64,000 nucleotides of DNA from the human T2T-CHM13v2.0 reference genome, Homo sapiens (GCF_009914755.1 NC_060925.1), one strand, 5' to 3'. Positions 46,485 to 59,861 are shown, counted from the stretch's first letter. The notes: generated from the sequence alone by a model not told the origin. Numbers and translations are program-made.

Positions 46485-49382
46485 CTTGCCCTGATCGTAG
46501 CAACCTCATGTCTGGAAAGAGTTAAATACTGAGTATAGCCTACATTATTTTTTTAAAATTCTTTATTCTTTTATCAAGTGCTCTCTTGGCAAAATCAACT
46601 GAGTATATTCTAGTCTTCTTTACTTTGGGGCCAGCTATTTCATGAAGTATTATTTAAGAATAATTTGCAAGACAAAAAATAGTGGCATACATCAGCAGAG
46701 CCCAGGAAGAAGTATTCACATCTCTGCTTTATTTACCTTGCTGCTGCCACCACCAACTCTGCCAGCACCATTGCCACCACCATGGCCTCTACCATAGACC
46801 ACTTCCCAGTGGGATCTTTCCTTCTCTTTACCTCTCTTCCGTTATCCTTCTTCTACACTGTCACCATCTTCTCACCATTCTTTACAGCCCTCCCATCCCT
46901 GTAAAGCTGTTGTCCCATATATTGCTCTACTCTGTCTGTCATTTGTCTCTAAAATGCCCTATTGTGCATGTGTCTTTGTTATGCAGTCTCTTGTCACTGT
47001 CTGTTTTAGTGAGCCTGTGTTCCTGCATCTGTCCCATATCCCAAGTGCTAAGGTACGGCGTGGCATTGTACACCAGTTGTGAGTCCAATTTCTTTTTCTG
47101 AACCCAAACTTTTTTTTTTTGCCATGACCTTGCTGAACAGCCTCAGTTGTGTAAAGTTACTTCAGAGCAATGGGTTTTCAGTTAAAACATGTGACATTTA
47201 TGTACAGAGACAGAGAACAAAGAAAGCTTCAAGGCCCCTAGAAGGAATGTGAAATGTGTGTTCTCTGAGTTCATATTCAAGAACCACTTTTCCTATTGTC
47301 TCCCATAAAGCTATTACTGCAGCTTCAATTTAAAATGCTTATTTTTACTGAGTTTAATTTAGATACACATTTGCATTGTAAAATGGGTACTTTAAAAATA
47401 ATCATTTTAGTCTTAGGCATAAATGCTAGTTCTTTGTAAGAGAAGTAACTTCCTGAGTTGCATGTTATTGCTAAGGGCGAAGTAAATTTCTGGAGTGAAA
47501 TTTAACCTTCTGTCTGCTCTTATTACCGGGAATAGTTTGAATTTGGTATGTATCAAGACTTTTGTGTTAAATTTATAGAATTTCTTTATAACCAAAGAGT
47601 TGTATTAAGACAATTTTATCTTGTTACAGTAGTTAAGATTGGTAAACACTTATTAGGCATCAGCAACATATTAGTCTCTGAAAGAAAAATGAAATCTCAT
47701 CTTTGTCCAGTGGATTCACAATGACATTTATATATACATAATGAAGATATAAGAGGGAATGATATTATTTCATGTATTGTTGGCACCCAGCACATGGTGG
47801 AAACTTAACAAGAACCATGATAATGCAGTTTCGTGTTTCTCTAACATATACTAAGTTCTTAGTAAATAATTTCTAGATGTATCATTTTCCTTTCTGCTTG
47901 TTTAAATCCAAGAAGGTGCTGCATTCAAGAGTGAAGCAAGCACAAAAGGAAAGGAAAAATCTCTCCCTGGAGGAGAATGCAGACAGACAGACAGACGCTA
48001 TTTGTATCTTTGCGTCCGAAGCACAGCAGCTAACACACAGTAGGTGTGAGGCATCAATATTACCTGGTAACCTCTCTTGTTCTGTTCATTTCAACTTTTC
48101 TAAGTTCATTTGCAACCCGAATTTCTACAAACTCCAATTTAAGCAATGTAATACAAGTGAGAATATTAGCATTCAAATATTTAGAAGTCTTATCCTCTCA
48201 TTTTGAATAAAACAACTTCTATTTACTAATATTGTACAACATTTTAGCACAATTGATACCCCTGAAGACTTCCATCATTGAAGAAGGGGTTCTGAATATC
48301 ATAGGTTCATATTAAATCTTTCTTTAGTAGAATTTACTCATCTGGAAGTCACATGTTTAGTTGGGTTATTTTAAATGGTAAATCTTAAAAAGCCCACAGA
48401 TGAAACGAGTGTATCTTTTAATTATCCAAAGTAATGCAGCCTTCAACCCCACAGATTAACTCCAACATCTGGTATTTGAAGGCATGTGATTCTTAAGGAT
48501 GGTAGACTTGCCTTTAGAAATTTGTTTTGTTTAGGATAGCCTTTAAATAATTTTTAACTGATTAAACTCCCACCAGTGAATGATACAAAGGCATCCTGTG
48601 TAGCAAGGAAGCCAGCCAGCCTGGGGTTCAAAAGTGGCCTGGGATTATATACAAAGTGAATGATGAATATATTTATAGTACAAAGTTAACAAGAAAAGCC
48701 ATCATTGTGTGCATTTTTTTCTTCCATATGCTGTAACGTATAATGTATTTTATGGGGAGACTGGAGGAGATAGAGGGGGGAGAGAGAATGAGAAGAGGGT
48801 TGTGAGTTGGGTGGCTACTGAAACACCTCTTTGCTTTTTTCCTAAATTCTCTGAAGTGGCCTGTCTTAGTCCCAACCAAGCCAGAAGTATTGGCCTCCTT
48901 CAGCCATTATGCTGTCTGTAAAAGCACTGATTTACAGTAAGCAACAAAACACTGGCTACACAGGAAAAAGAGTTTTAGGGAGACTATCCTTTGCTCCCCT
49001 CTGCCCTTAAGCCTCAGCAGGTTTGAATCACTGGTGTAGGTTCATTCTGCTTTCATTGGCATACCACCAATGCCTGCTGCAAATCTGCTAAGGACTTCTC
49101 AAGAGTTTATGACATTATTTCTATCTTCAGGGCTGAGAATCAGGCTGAATTATCTCCAATTTAGGGCTTACCATAGTTTAGGAATTTAATAGATTCAAGT
49201 ATCACAGAATTTATAACCCAGGGAATGATTTGACATAGAAAGTGCTTTGCAGAATTATAAATATATTTTACAGATAAGATTAGACTGTATTATAGAGAAT
49301 TATAAATACATAAAATATGTATTTTAAGAATGATGCTATATAAAATATGCTCCCTGTTCACTTCATTCTGTCTGTAAAAAAA

Positions 49383-51227
49383 ACACACAGGTTACAGTTT
49401 TTGATGTATCAATGTCTCCTCCATATCTTTGGGGCTGTTACTCTACTTGCAGGTACATTCTATAAAACATTTTGTTAGAGCTATGCCTTGGCTTTAGATG
49501 CAGTACAGCTGAGTTTCTTTTTGTAGATAATCCGAGTGTACTAATATTTTCATGAATTGTTTAATATCCTGACACTATCAATTACTTTCTGTCTACTCAT
49601 GTAGAGATCTGTCACTCTCCTTAATGTGTTGTGATGTGTGTTCTGGTTTGTTCATTTACTTTTTTTTAAATCACTGTCTCAACTGTGTTTCAGTGTTTCC
49701 TTTTCCCTTTAGAGCATATCAACCTGTTCATTTCTAAATGCCAGAAGAGAGACGAGACAGAGAGAAAAAAAACTAAGTAAGTTCATAGAGTTCCATGTAT
49801 GCTCTAATATTGAAAGTGAGTGGGCTTCATAGAAGCTTGAACACACTTCCCAGTTTAGTGTATTTTTTCTCTCTAGGTTCAAAATCAGGTTGACCTCTAC
49901 TTACGTTTTGTTAGATTTTATAGTTATTATATTATCAATATAATACCTTCAAACACCTAGTATTTTACTGTTGCTTGCCTCCCTAATTTTTAAAGAAACA
50001 TTCCATTCCTGTAGGAAATTAATACATTTATAAAATATCAATATCCAAAAACTAGTTTCCAAGATAACTTTTTCAATATGACCTATTGCATAAAGTGTAA
50101 TAAAAACACTGAGGTTTTTCAGAGATTTGAGCTGTGGTTCACACTTAAAGGTCAGACATTCATTTTATGGAGTTGCTCATCAAATTAAATTTTATTTGAT
50201 CCATCAACATTTTATACTATTACATTGTTATTAGTTGAAATGAATATGTTATTAGCACATAAAACTTGTTCCCTGGCAAGAAAGATTCATTTGTATCACT
50301 TTTAATTTCAGGACACCTAGAAAAGTATGGATTAACTAGAACTATACAGGACTGGATTCCTCCAGAAAGAAAGTATGGTATCTTTTCCCAAGAGCTTAGA
50401 ATGTATACTTTTTGCCCTTTTCTCCCCCACTATGGGGGGCTGGGGAGAAGTATAGATTATTAGCTAAAAAACAAACAAAAAAACCGACAAACTCGACAGG
50501 TGTCAAGTAGCTGTGTGTCTTGGTAATTTGCTCAGCCTGTTATATAGTGGTAAACACCCTACTTTGAGGTGCTTACTTGAGGCGGATATTCAGACTTTGA
50601 CTTATTACCTTCCAGGGTTCCAATGGGTATTAAATAAAAATACTACTCATTCTGTATTATGACTCCTCCGATATCAGCCTACTTTTACTCACAATTTTCA
50701 TGGTGATAACTTTCCAAAGGATTGAAAGTATCATCTGTACGATAAGTTTATAAAACAGTTTAAGACAAGAGAGTAAAAACAATTTATTTAAATGTGAAAA
50801 AAAGGGCATAAAAGACAGTCACACTAGGGGACTCTGGATAAAATGGTTGTAGCAACTGAGGGGCAACAGATTTGCTTCCTTAAATATCCATTTAATCTAT
50901 ATTTCCTGGCCACACTGCTCAGTTCCCAAAATGGATTCTAGTAATGACTGTAAGGGAAACACAATACACACACACACACATACACACACAGGTTACAATT
51001 TTTGATGTATCAATGTCTCCTCCATATCTTTGGGGCTGTTACTCTACTTGCAGGTACATTCTATAAAACATTTTGTTAGAGCTATGCCTTGGCTTTAGAT
51101 GCAGTACAGCTGAGTTTCTAAGCTTTTTGTAGATAATCCGAGTGTACTAATATTTTCATGAATTAATATCCTGACACTATCAATTACTTTCTGTCTACTC
51201 ATGTAGAGATCTGTCACTCTCCTTAAT
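49383..51227. repeat. Direct duplication of ~243 bp (49383-49625 and 50984-51227)
   Basis: Near-identical copies differing by 1 substitution and 2 short indels. Confidence 0.97.
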
Positions 51228-51376
51228 TTTAACTTTTAGTAGATGAGAAACAGCTTTGATAACGCAAACATTTCTTTTTCCCTGAATTAGTTGGTGAAAC
51301 ATATACTTTTCACATCTCATTTTGTGTGCCTGTATATTTCATTCGTGAATAACATTTATTCCTTACCTTGAAACAG

Positions 51377-51805
51377 GTCAGACTGAAATTGGGCCTTCTA
51401 CCACTAGACTGAAAAGACCTAGAATTCATCGACAGCACAGATACAACAAAAGCCTTCATGGAATACAAAAACTCCAATTTTCATAGGATATCCTTGACCT
51501 CAGTGATGAATCATGAGGGCGTAGAGGGTTGAGAAAAAAGTAGGCACATCACTACTGTTTCTAACCAGATATCTCGAAGCTATTTCAGTTCCAGGAATTC
51601 TGTCTGCTCCTGTTTTTACTTCATTAGCAATTCAACATGTCTGATTTGCCCACACAATACTTTCCAGCTACTTTACCCATTTGACCTGGAACAAAGTGAA
51701 AGCACATTTTGCCCAGTTGAAAGGTCTCCTGGCAGGTTGGTTAGCAACAGGCTTGCCAGTCTGGGTTCTGTTAGCAAAGAATAAACACATTTCATTAGAC
51801 AATGA
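51377..51805 (+). ncRNA. Candidate terminal exon of an upstream + strand lncRNA
   Basis: Acceptor ttattccttaccttgaaacag|G at 51376, AATAAA at 51780-51785 and a downstream GT/T tract. I recall a lncRNA (LOC339529/LINC02774) ending just upstream of ZBTB18, but cannot verify this here. Confidence 0.35.
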
Positions 51806-52199
51806 CTAGTGGACTGACTTCCTCACTATGAAGTTGTTTTTTTTTTTCTATTTTATTTTCTTCAGCCATTCCCCCTCCCCCACCACTTGTTATTCAACTT
51901 TTTACTTGTAATTCTTGCCTCGATACGATTTCCAATTTCTTGACGGCAGACATTTCCACGTCTTTGTGGCTGTGATTAACGCAGTCTAATTGCCAAGAAC
52001 AGGTACCGAGTAAAAGTTTATTTGAAGGAAAGAAAAGCGACACAGCAGTCTTACATCGTCCCTCGGTAGTTTAAAGTTGTGGCTAGATACGTATCAATTA
52101 AGGAATCAAGCTGAGGCATCTGCAAGTACCAATTTTACTGTAATGCTCTAAAATTTGGTCACTTGGGGAAGTCTTTACTTGTAACAGTGTAAGTACACA

Positions 52200-54810
52200 A
52201 GGGACAGGAGGGTTTTGCGAGAAAGGCGGGCGCTCTGCCCTGTTCTGCCCGTGACATGATGACGTAAGAACGACTCCCAGAAACTGCCTGAGTCGCCTGC
52301 GTCCCCAGCTCCCCGATGTGCACCTGGGCGCGGGACGCCGCAGGACGGAGCGAGAGCGCTCCTCGGTCCCGCTCCCCTGCGCACGGGCCGGCGAGGACCC
52401 GGGCGTCTTCACCCCCACAGGAAGGAGCAGAGAGAGCCACCCGAAGTCGGCCTCGAGTCATCCGTGTCCCCGGGTGCCCTGCCTCTCCAGGATACCTGCG
52501 TAACTCGCAGCAGCCAAGCCCCACTACGTTCAAAAGTGTGTTTGTGGTTGTCACAGTGCACACCGAAAAGCTCGCTCCGCACCCGCAGAGTGCGCGGGGC
52601 CTCTGAGCCTGGAAACAAGCCCCTCCCAGCGCAGCTGTCGCCGCCGCCTGCGGGCTCCTTTCACTTTCTCACGGCCAAGTCACCCAGAGGGGCGCCGCTG
52701 CTGCCACCGCCGCTGCGCCCGAGGACTCCGCCCCGCGCCGCTTCGCTCCGGATCCCCGCCCGCCCGAGCCCCGCCCACCCCAACAGTTGCTGCCTGCGAT
52801 TGGAACGCGCGGGAGGGCAGCTACGGCTCGCCACCCCCATTGGCTGGGCCCCCTTGTCAGTCCGACGACTGCCCACCACCCCCTCCGCCTTCCCGAAGAG
52901 CCGCCTTCCCATTGGAGGAGTCTGAGGGCTGGGGGCGGGCGGGGAGCGCCGGTCCAGCCGCTTTCGGTCAATCGCAGAAGCCCAACGCCCGGAGGGAGGG
53001 AGGCAGGGGAAGGAGAGGGGCGGACTGAGGGTGGGGGGAACATCTGGCCGGCGCCGCCGCGTGCGTGCGTGGTGCGTCCTCCCGCCCCCTCCCCTCCCCC
53101 TCCCCCGCGCCCGCCCCCCCCCCCCGCCCCCGCCCCCCCACCCGGCCCGGCGGCTCCGCGCTCGCTCCCTCGCTCGCTCCCTCGCTGTGTCTGGCAGGCT
53201 GCGGCCGCCGCTGGGCTGCTGCCATGGGGAGCCGTTGAGAGTGGGGCCCTCTTCGCTCCGCCGCGCTCCTCCGGCTGCCAGCGGGGGTGGGCGGGAGGGA
53301 GGGGCGGGGGGGAGCGGGCGACGGAGCCGGGATTGGGGGGTGGGGGGGCCGGGAGGGAGGGGGGCAAGAGCCGGAGGAAGCCCACCAAGTCCGGCGGCGG
53401 CGGCGGCGGCCGGGAGGAGGAGGAGGAGGAGGCGGAGGACGCGGCGGCGGCGGGGACGCGGTGACTTAGGGCCGCTCCGTGTGAGTCCCGGCGCCGGCCC
53501 CTGGCCCCTGACCTGGCGCCCCCTCCGCGCCCCGGCACCCCGGCGGGCGGGGGGCGCCAGCTGTGCGGCCCCGGCCGGCTGGGCGGCGCGGGCGGAGGGC
53601 GGGCCGGGTCGGGGGCGCCCCCGCGAGTGGAGTTAGTTTGTGTGGTTGGAGCTGTTGGGGCGGCGGGGGGCGGCGCAGCTGCGGGAGGCCCGGGCGCGGG
53701 GACGGGGCCGCTGCAGCTGCGGGGTCGGGCGGGGTGCGGGTTCCCGGCTCCGCGCCGCGCCCCCGCGGGCCGGTGCAGCTGCGGCGCGGGGCGGGCTCCC
53801 GGCCGGTGCAGCTGCGGTGGCGCCTCTCGGGTGCGGAGGGCGGCGGGCTGGGGGAGGGGGCTTGGGAGCAGCCGCAGCTGCAGTGGCGCCCGGGACGGCC
53901 GCGGCTCCGGGGACCGGTGCAGCTGCAGTGGCGCCCGGGGGAGGGGGCCGGCGGGGGAGGGGGCCCTCCCGGGCTGGTGCAGTTGCCCGGAGGCCCCGGG
54001 GGCTCGCGCGTCGCGGCATCGGGGAAGCGGTAGCAACCACTCTCCTCCCGCTGGCTGCTTCTTACGACTTTTCTTTTGTTGTTGCCGTGACCCGGGTCTG
54101 TTTTCTCCTCTGTTGTTTAAGGTGTTTTCCTGCTGCACCGGCTCTGCGCCCTCCACCTCCTTCCCTGTGGTTTTAACCTTCCTCTTTCCCCGTGTGTTTT
54201 ATGCACGGCGAACTACGTAAAGATTTGCATTGCTTCCCCACTCGGCACCCCCGCCCCCACCTCTCTGAAAAACAAAACCCCAACCTCACAAAACCTCTAT
54301 GGATCCGCGGTAGCGAGACGTGAAGGGGTTGATTTGTGGAGTGGGAGTTGCTGGCCCATTGCGGTGCCCGGGACTCATTAAACTGTCACTCACCCCCCAC
54401 CCCACTGGGTAAATGGGGTGATTAATGTCTGATATATTGGAATGGGTCGAGGGCATTTGTGGAGAATAGGTGGTGTGGCTGGGAAGAAATTGATCTCCCG
54501 AGGATGTCTCCTGGACTAAGTGTTCATAATTATGTCACTCACCGCGAAGTTGGAGAAAGTTAGGTTTGTGACTTTGGGAAAGCGAGAAGGACAGGACGGA
54601 GTCGTCGGGTTTTGTTACTCTTTAACTCTCCGCCACGGCTTTCTAATGGGAACGAAGTGGTTATCACCAGGGCTGGGACGCTGGCGCCTCAGGCCCCAGT
54701 TCCTTTTCTACCCCTCGCCCTCCCAAGAGTCTGAGGAGATGTATTTGACATTCAGAGATGTCGCAGCACCCTGCCCGGTACCGGTCAGCCCAGCCCGGGT
54801 CGCGTTACAG
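52200..54810. promoter_or_regulatory. CpG island / main ZBTB18 promoter
   Basis: Very high GC and CpG density. Three inverted CCAAT boxes (ATTGG at 52799, 52839, 52911), GC boxes (GGGGCGGG ~52932), CRE-like TGACGTAA (~52260), many G-runs. Confidence 0.92.
53150..53480 (+). other. ZBTB18: Probable non-coding first exon 1a of ZBTB18 (5' boundary uncertain)
   Basis: Lies in the CpG island downstream of CCAAT and GC boxes. Strong donor ccgt|GTGAGT at 53481. Contains the (CGG)6 and (GGA)6 tracts typical of GC-rich 5'UTRs. Confidence 0.65.
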
Positions 54811-55639
54811 TTTCATCAGCTATTAGAAAAGACCCACAAACTGGCTGAAAAGTTCTCAAACTTACTAGACCTGGCTTCCCCCCACACAAAGATTTTCTTG
54901 TGATCATAAACATTAGAGTGACCCCCCCCCCCAAAGAAAAAAAAGATTGTTAAGGGACACAGATCAAGGGGAAGGCAAGGTTCTGCTTTTTCTGAGCAGA
55001 AAGATCAGATATGCAGGTGCAGCATTCATTTTAAGTGACTGGAGCAGGTTGTATCAGTTTATTAATTGGTCTCGTTGAACTGAAGTACTTTCCAGGATTT
55101 CAGAAAGTGCAGTTTCAGCTTGTTGGTACCGAGAATTGAAATTTGCATTGACTGTGGCAGTGTAAGAAATTTTTCTGAGAAGGTAGTTGTAGATAAGTAA
55201 TTACATAAGAGTGAAATAATAAGGTGAACCAGTCTGAAGTAATAGTTCTGAACAAGTCTGCCAACATTTGAGACATGTATACCATTATCTCAGCAGAAAA
55301 AAATAAAAAAGTGCGGTAATAATGTTGAAATGGGACTGGAGATGTCAAATGGGTTGGTTTAAAAATATCCCTAAACTGCTTTAGAAACTAAACGTTGGAG
55401 TTGAATAAAAGTGAATCTGGATTTCCTGAATAGCACCGTGGCTTGAGTGTGCTGTCAGTATGTAAGCCAGTCCACCAACTTAAGACAGAAGTGTTGCTAT
55501 TCCATAAATACAGTAGAACTCCATATGCTGAGTTTTTCAATTTCTTCTGTTAGAAAGTTTGGAAAAAAAGGAAGACTTTGAAGTATTTTGTTTATACTAA
55601 CAGAAGAGAAAAGTTCTCCTAAGAAAAAGCTGGTGGCAG

Positions 55640-55780
55640 GAGTGTAGAGGAGTAGCATATGGCATTAAAAGGAGCACAGCTGGAGGTAGCATTTCCATCT
55701 GAACATGATGTCAGAGCAGCTGACAGCCTGCCATCCCTCAGCCTTTTATTCTAACACACAGACAGGGAGTTAGTGTGTGC
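55640..55780 (+). promoter_or_regulatory. Candidate promoter of exon 1b with four phased E-boxes
   Basis: CATATG 55656, CAGCTG 55677, CATCTG 55696 and CAGCTG 55717, about 200-270 bp upstream of the exon 1b ATG. Confidence 0.5.
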
Positions 55781-55920
55781 GGATCTGTGGTGGAGAAGGT
55801 ATCTCATTCCTCTCTAACATCATCTCCACTTTGCATCTGTCTCTCTTAGTCTGCTTTTTTTCCACCGATGTAACAGACCTGGAGCCAGCAGGACTCAGAG
55901 GAAAGGACTTAATCAGGTTT

Positions 55921-55933
55921 ATGTGTCCTAAAG
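55921..55933 (+). CDS. ZBTB18: Coding part of ZBTB18 alternative first exon 1b; splices to 58278 to give the 531-aa isoform (MCPKGYEDS + MEFPDH...)
   Basis: ATG TGT CCT AAA G|gtagga donor at 55934. The acceptor cctctctccccag|GT at 58277/58278 keeps frame: G|GT TAT GAA GAC AGT ATG. This reproduces the known 9-aa-longer N-terminus. Confidence 0.92.
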
Positions 55934-58258
55934 GTAGGAGTAGCAAGAGATTAGATTGAGCATATTTCTGTTTTGGTGTTTTGTTTATTTAATTTTAAAA
56001 ATCACATTACTTTTCTAACCCAGTTTAGGAATAATATATGAAATTGAGTATTAAATGAACATCTTACTGGAGTTGAAAGTCTTGAGCTTGTTTAGTTTTA
56101 ATTTTTTATCCCTTTTACTTGAGCGAGTAAATAACTTTAATACACAAATATTTCAAGTTTTGAAATGTTAAGAAAGGCTTTAAAATGCTGCTTTTGGAAA
56201 TCACGTTGGATTAAAATGCTTTTTTGTTGTTCACTGCTATTTAGATTTGATTGGGGTGGTGGTGGTGGGGAAATAGTAAACTGGAATCCAGCATTCAAAC
56301 TTATATGAGAAGATTATTCTAGTTAAGCAGCTAGATTGTTGTATAATTAATTCCTCTGTGAAACTTTATTCTTCAAAACATTGAGCAGCACTACTGAAAC
56401 ATACAGCTGTAGTGCTGTTGAAACTGCAGGTTTTTAAGAAGAAGAAAAAAAAACCAAACTTTTGTCCCCAGGAGAATAGTTTGACTGGTTTCCTCATTTC
56501 TCTTTCAAATATATATTTAAGAGATCTTTTATTTCAGCATAACAATAATTATTTGCAGGAGTTTTTGTGTTAGCGACTAATTTAGAACTTGTAGATTTGA
56601 GCTGCCTGAATTGGCCAGACAGCTGTAATCGCACTCCTCTATTCTTAATCTCTTTATCTGGGCAGCAGCTGCCATATGGCCACAGTCAGCTGGATCAGAT
56701 GTTTATAAGCTTCCTTCTTCGTCCCTCTCTGTCCTCTCAGCCTCCTAATTTGATCACGGCTACCTTGTGAGCTGCCCTCCAATCTTTATTTTTAGCCTTC
56801 TCAAGGATTAGGATTGATGTTAGCTGTGGGGCACTTAAAGTGATTGTATTGTAAATCTTAGTTTATTCTAGCAGTGGCATCTTGCAGAATGTGTCTGGGG
56901 TTAGGATAAAGTTTTAGTCTGTCTTGGGCAAAGTGTAGAAGAACAAGAAGAAAGGAAGTAATTTCTGAATATTAAATTAAGTGTATCTATTCCCAAAATG
57001 CACTTGCTGAGATGGGTGGTGTGGAGGCTTGCTTCTGGTCACAGGAAAGGGGAAGTCGGGTCTTCTTTATTTTTCAGGAGTTTACCCACTGCAGTTGAAT
57101 TCTGACCCTTTGTACATCTTTGCCTTTCTCCTCCCTCCATTTCACTTTCCCTCATCACAAAACAAGGGCAATGATGAATATTTGCAAGAATAGAAGCTAG
57201 TGGGAAAACAGAAATATATCAAATTATATTGAAACAAAGTATTTTCTGTTGGCTGAGGTAAGGCAGAACCAGGAAAAAAAAAAAGGTTCTCTTTTTCTAA
57301 AAAGGCTTAAAAAAAAACGTTGAACCTGTAAAGCTTTTGAGTTTTATTTAAGCGCTGTATGCCTTTATTTTTAAAAGTTTGAATTAATTTCAATATGAAA
57401 CTCATTTTGCCTTGCAACGGATCAAAGTTTAGATGAGAATTTTCGGAGTTCAGTAAAGCCCCTCTGGTTCCTAATATTCTGAAAGTACAGTTTCTACAAA
57501 GAAATGTAACTACTTTTTTCTCAGTTCGTTTTGAAAAATCTTTGGATTTGTTCATAGTAAAGATGATCTTTTCCATCTGTTGGTGCAGCTCCTTCTGATC
57601 TCGTACATGTGTGCTATACCTGCAAATCTGAAGGCATTAACATCTGTTTTTATACACAGGGCTTTTGTTGTAACACCCTGACTTTAAAAGTAAGTTGTTT
57701 GCTAATTTCTGGACTAATTATGCAATTTCATTTTTTTTTCTTGATTCAGCCAAATGTGTGTGTGTGTGTTTAAACTGTGCTTTCTAAGCACAGTCAGGTA
57801 GCAAAAGTAATAAAAAGGATGGTTGAACAAGTTTTCTTGTATGTTCCAGGATATGTTTGGGACTTTTCTTTGTTTATTATATGAGTTGTTCCCTTTGAAA
57901 TTAAAGCTATTTTGTAGGTTTTGTGGGACATAATTTGATAAGTAGAGTTAATTAAATTTCTTCTGGAAGAGATCTAAATTCTTATTCTTAGTGAGAGACT
58001 GTAGTTAAAAGGAAGGCTTTTAGAACTTGGGTTCAAGGAAGATGGAGATGCGTCGGAAGCTCTTTGGCGGGGGTGAGGAAGTTCAGAAAGTGTGCATTTT
58101 CCTTCTGGCATTTAGGTCTTGTCCGTGTGATTTGGTGGTGCTTGGGTCATAAGCCTGATTAAAATTCAGGGACATGTACCACGGCGGCCAAAGCGGAATT
58201 AATTTTTTTATATGGGGACTGGAGCGCTGAAAAGTTGTTCCTGACCAGGCTCTAATGA

Positions 58259-59860
<1,602 letters not shown>

Positions 59861-59861
59861 T

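Noticed and set aside
46682-47101. 139-aa Cys/His/Leu-rich ORF
   Set aside because: GTG start; derives from a degenerate (CAC)n and pyrimidine-rich stretch; no splice or domain support.
53558-53985. CRISPR-like repeat-spacer reading of the GCAGCTGC array
   Set aside because: Eukaryotic DNA, short degenerate units, irregular spacing and no cas genes.
52669-54220. Long ORFs on both strands of the CpG island (495, 225, 201, 197, 178 aa)
   Set aside because: Low-complexity P/G/A/R sequence expected from stop-codon scarcity at very high GC. They are open in several frames, mostly have non-ATG starts and show no domain.
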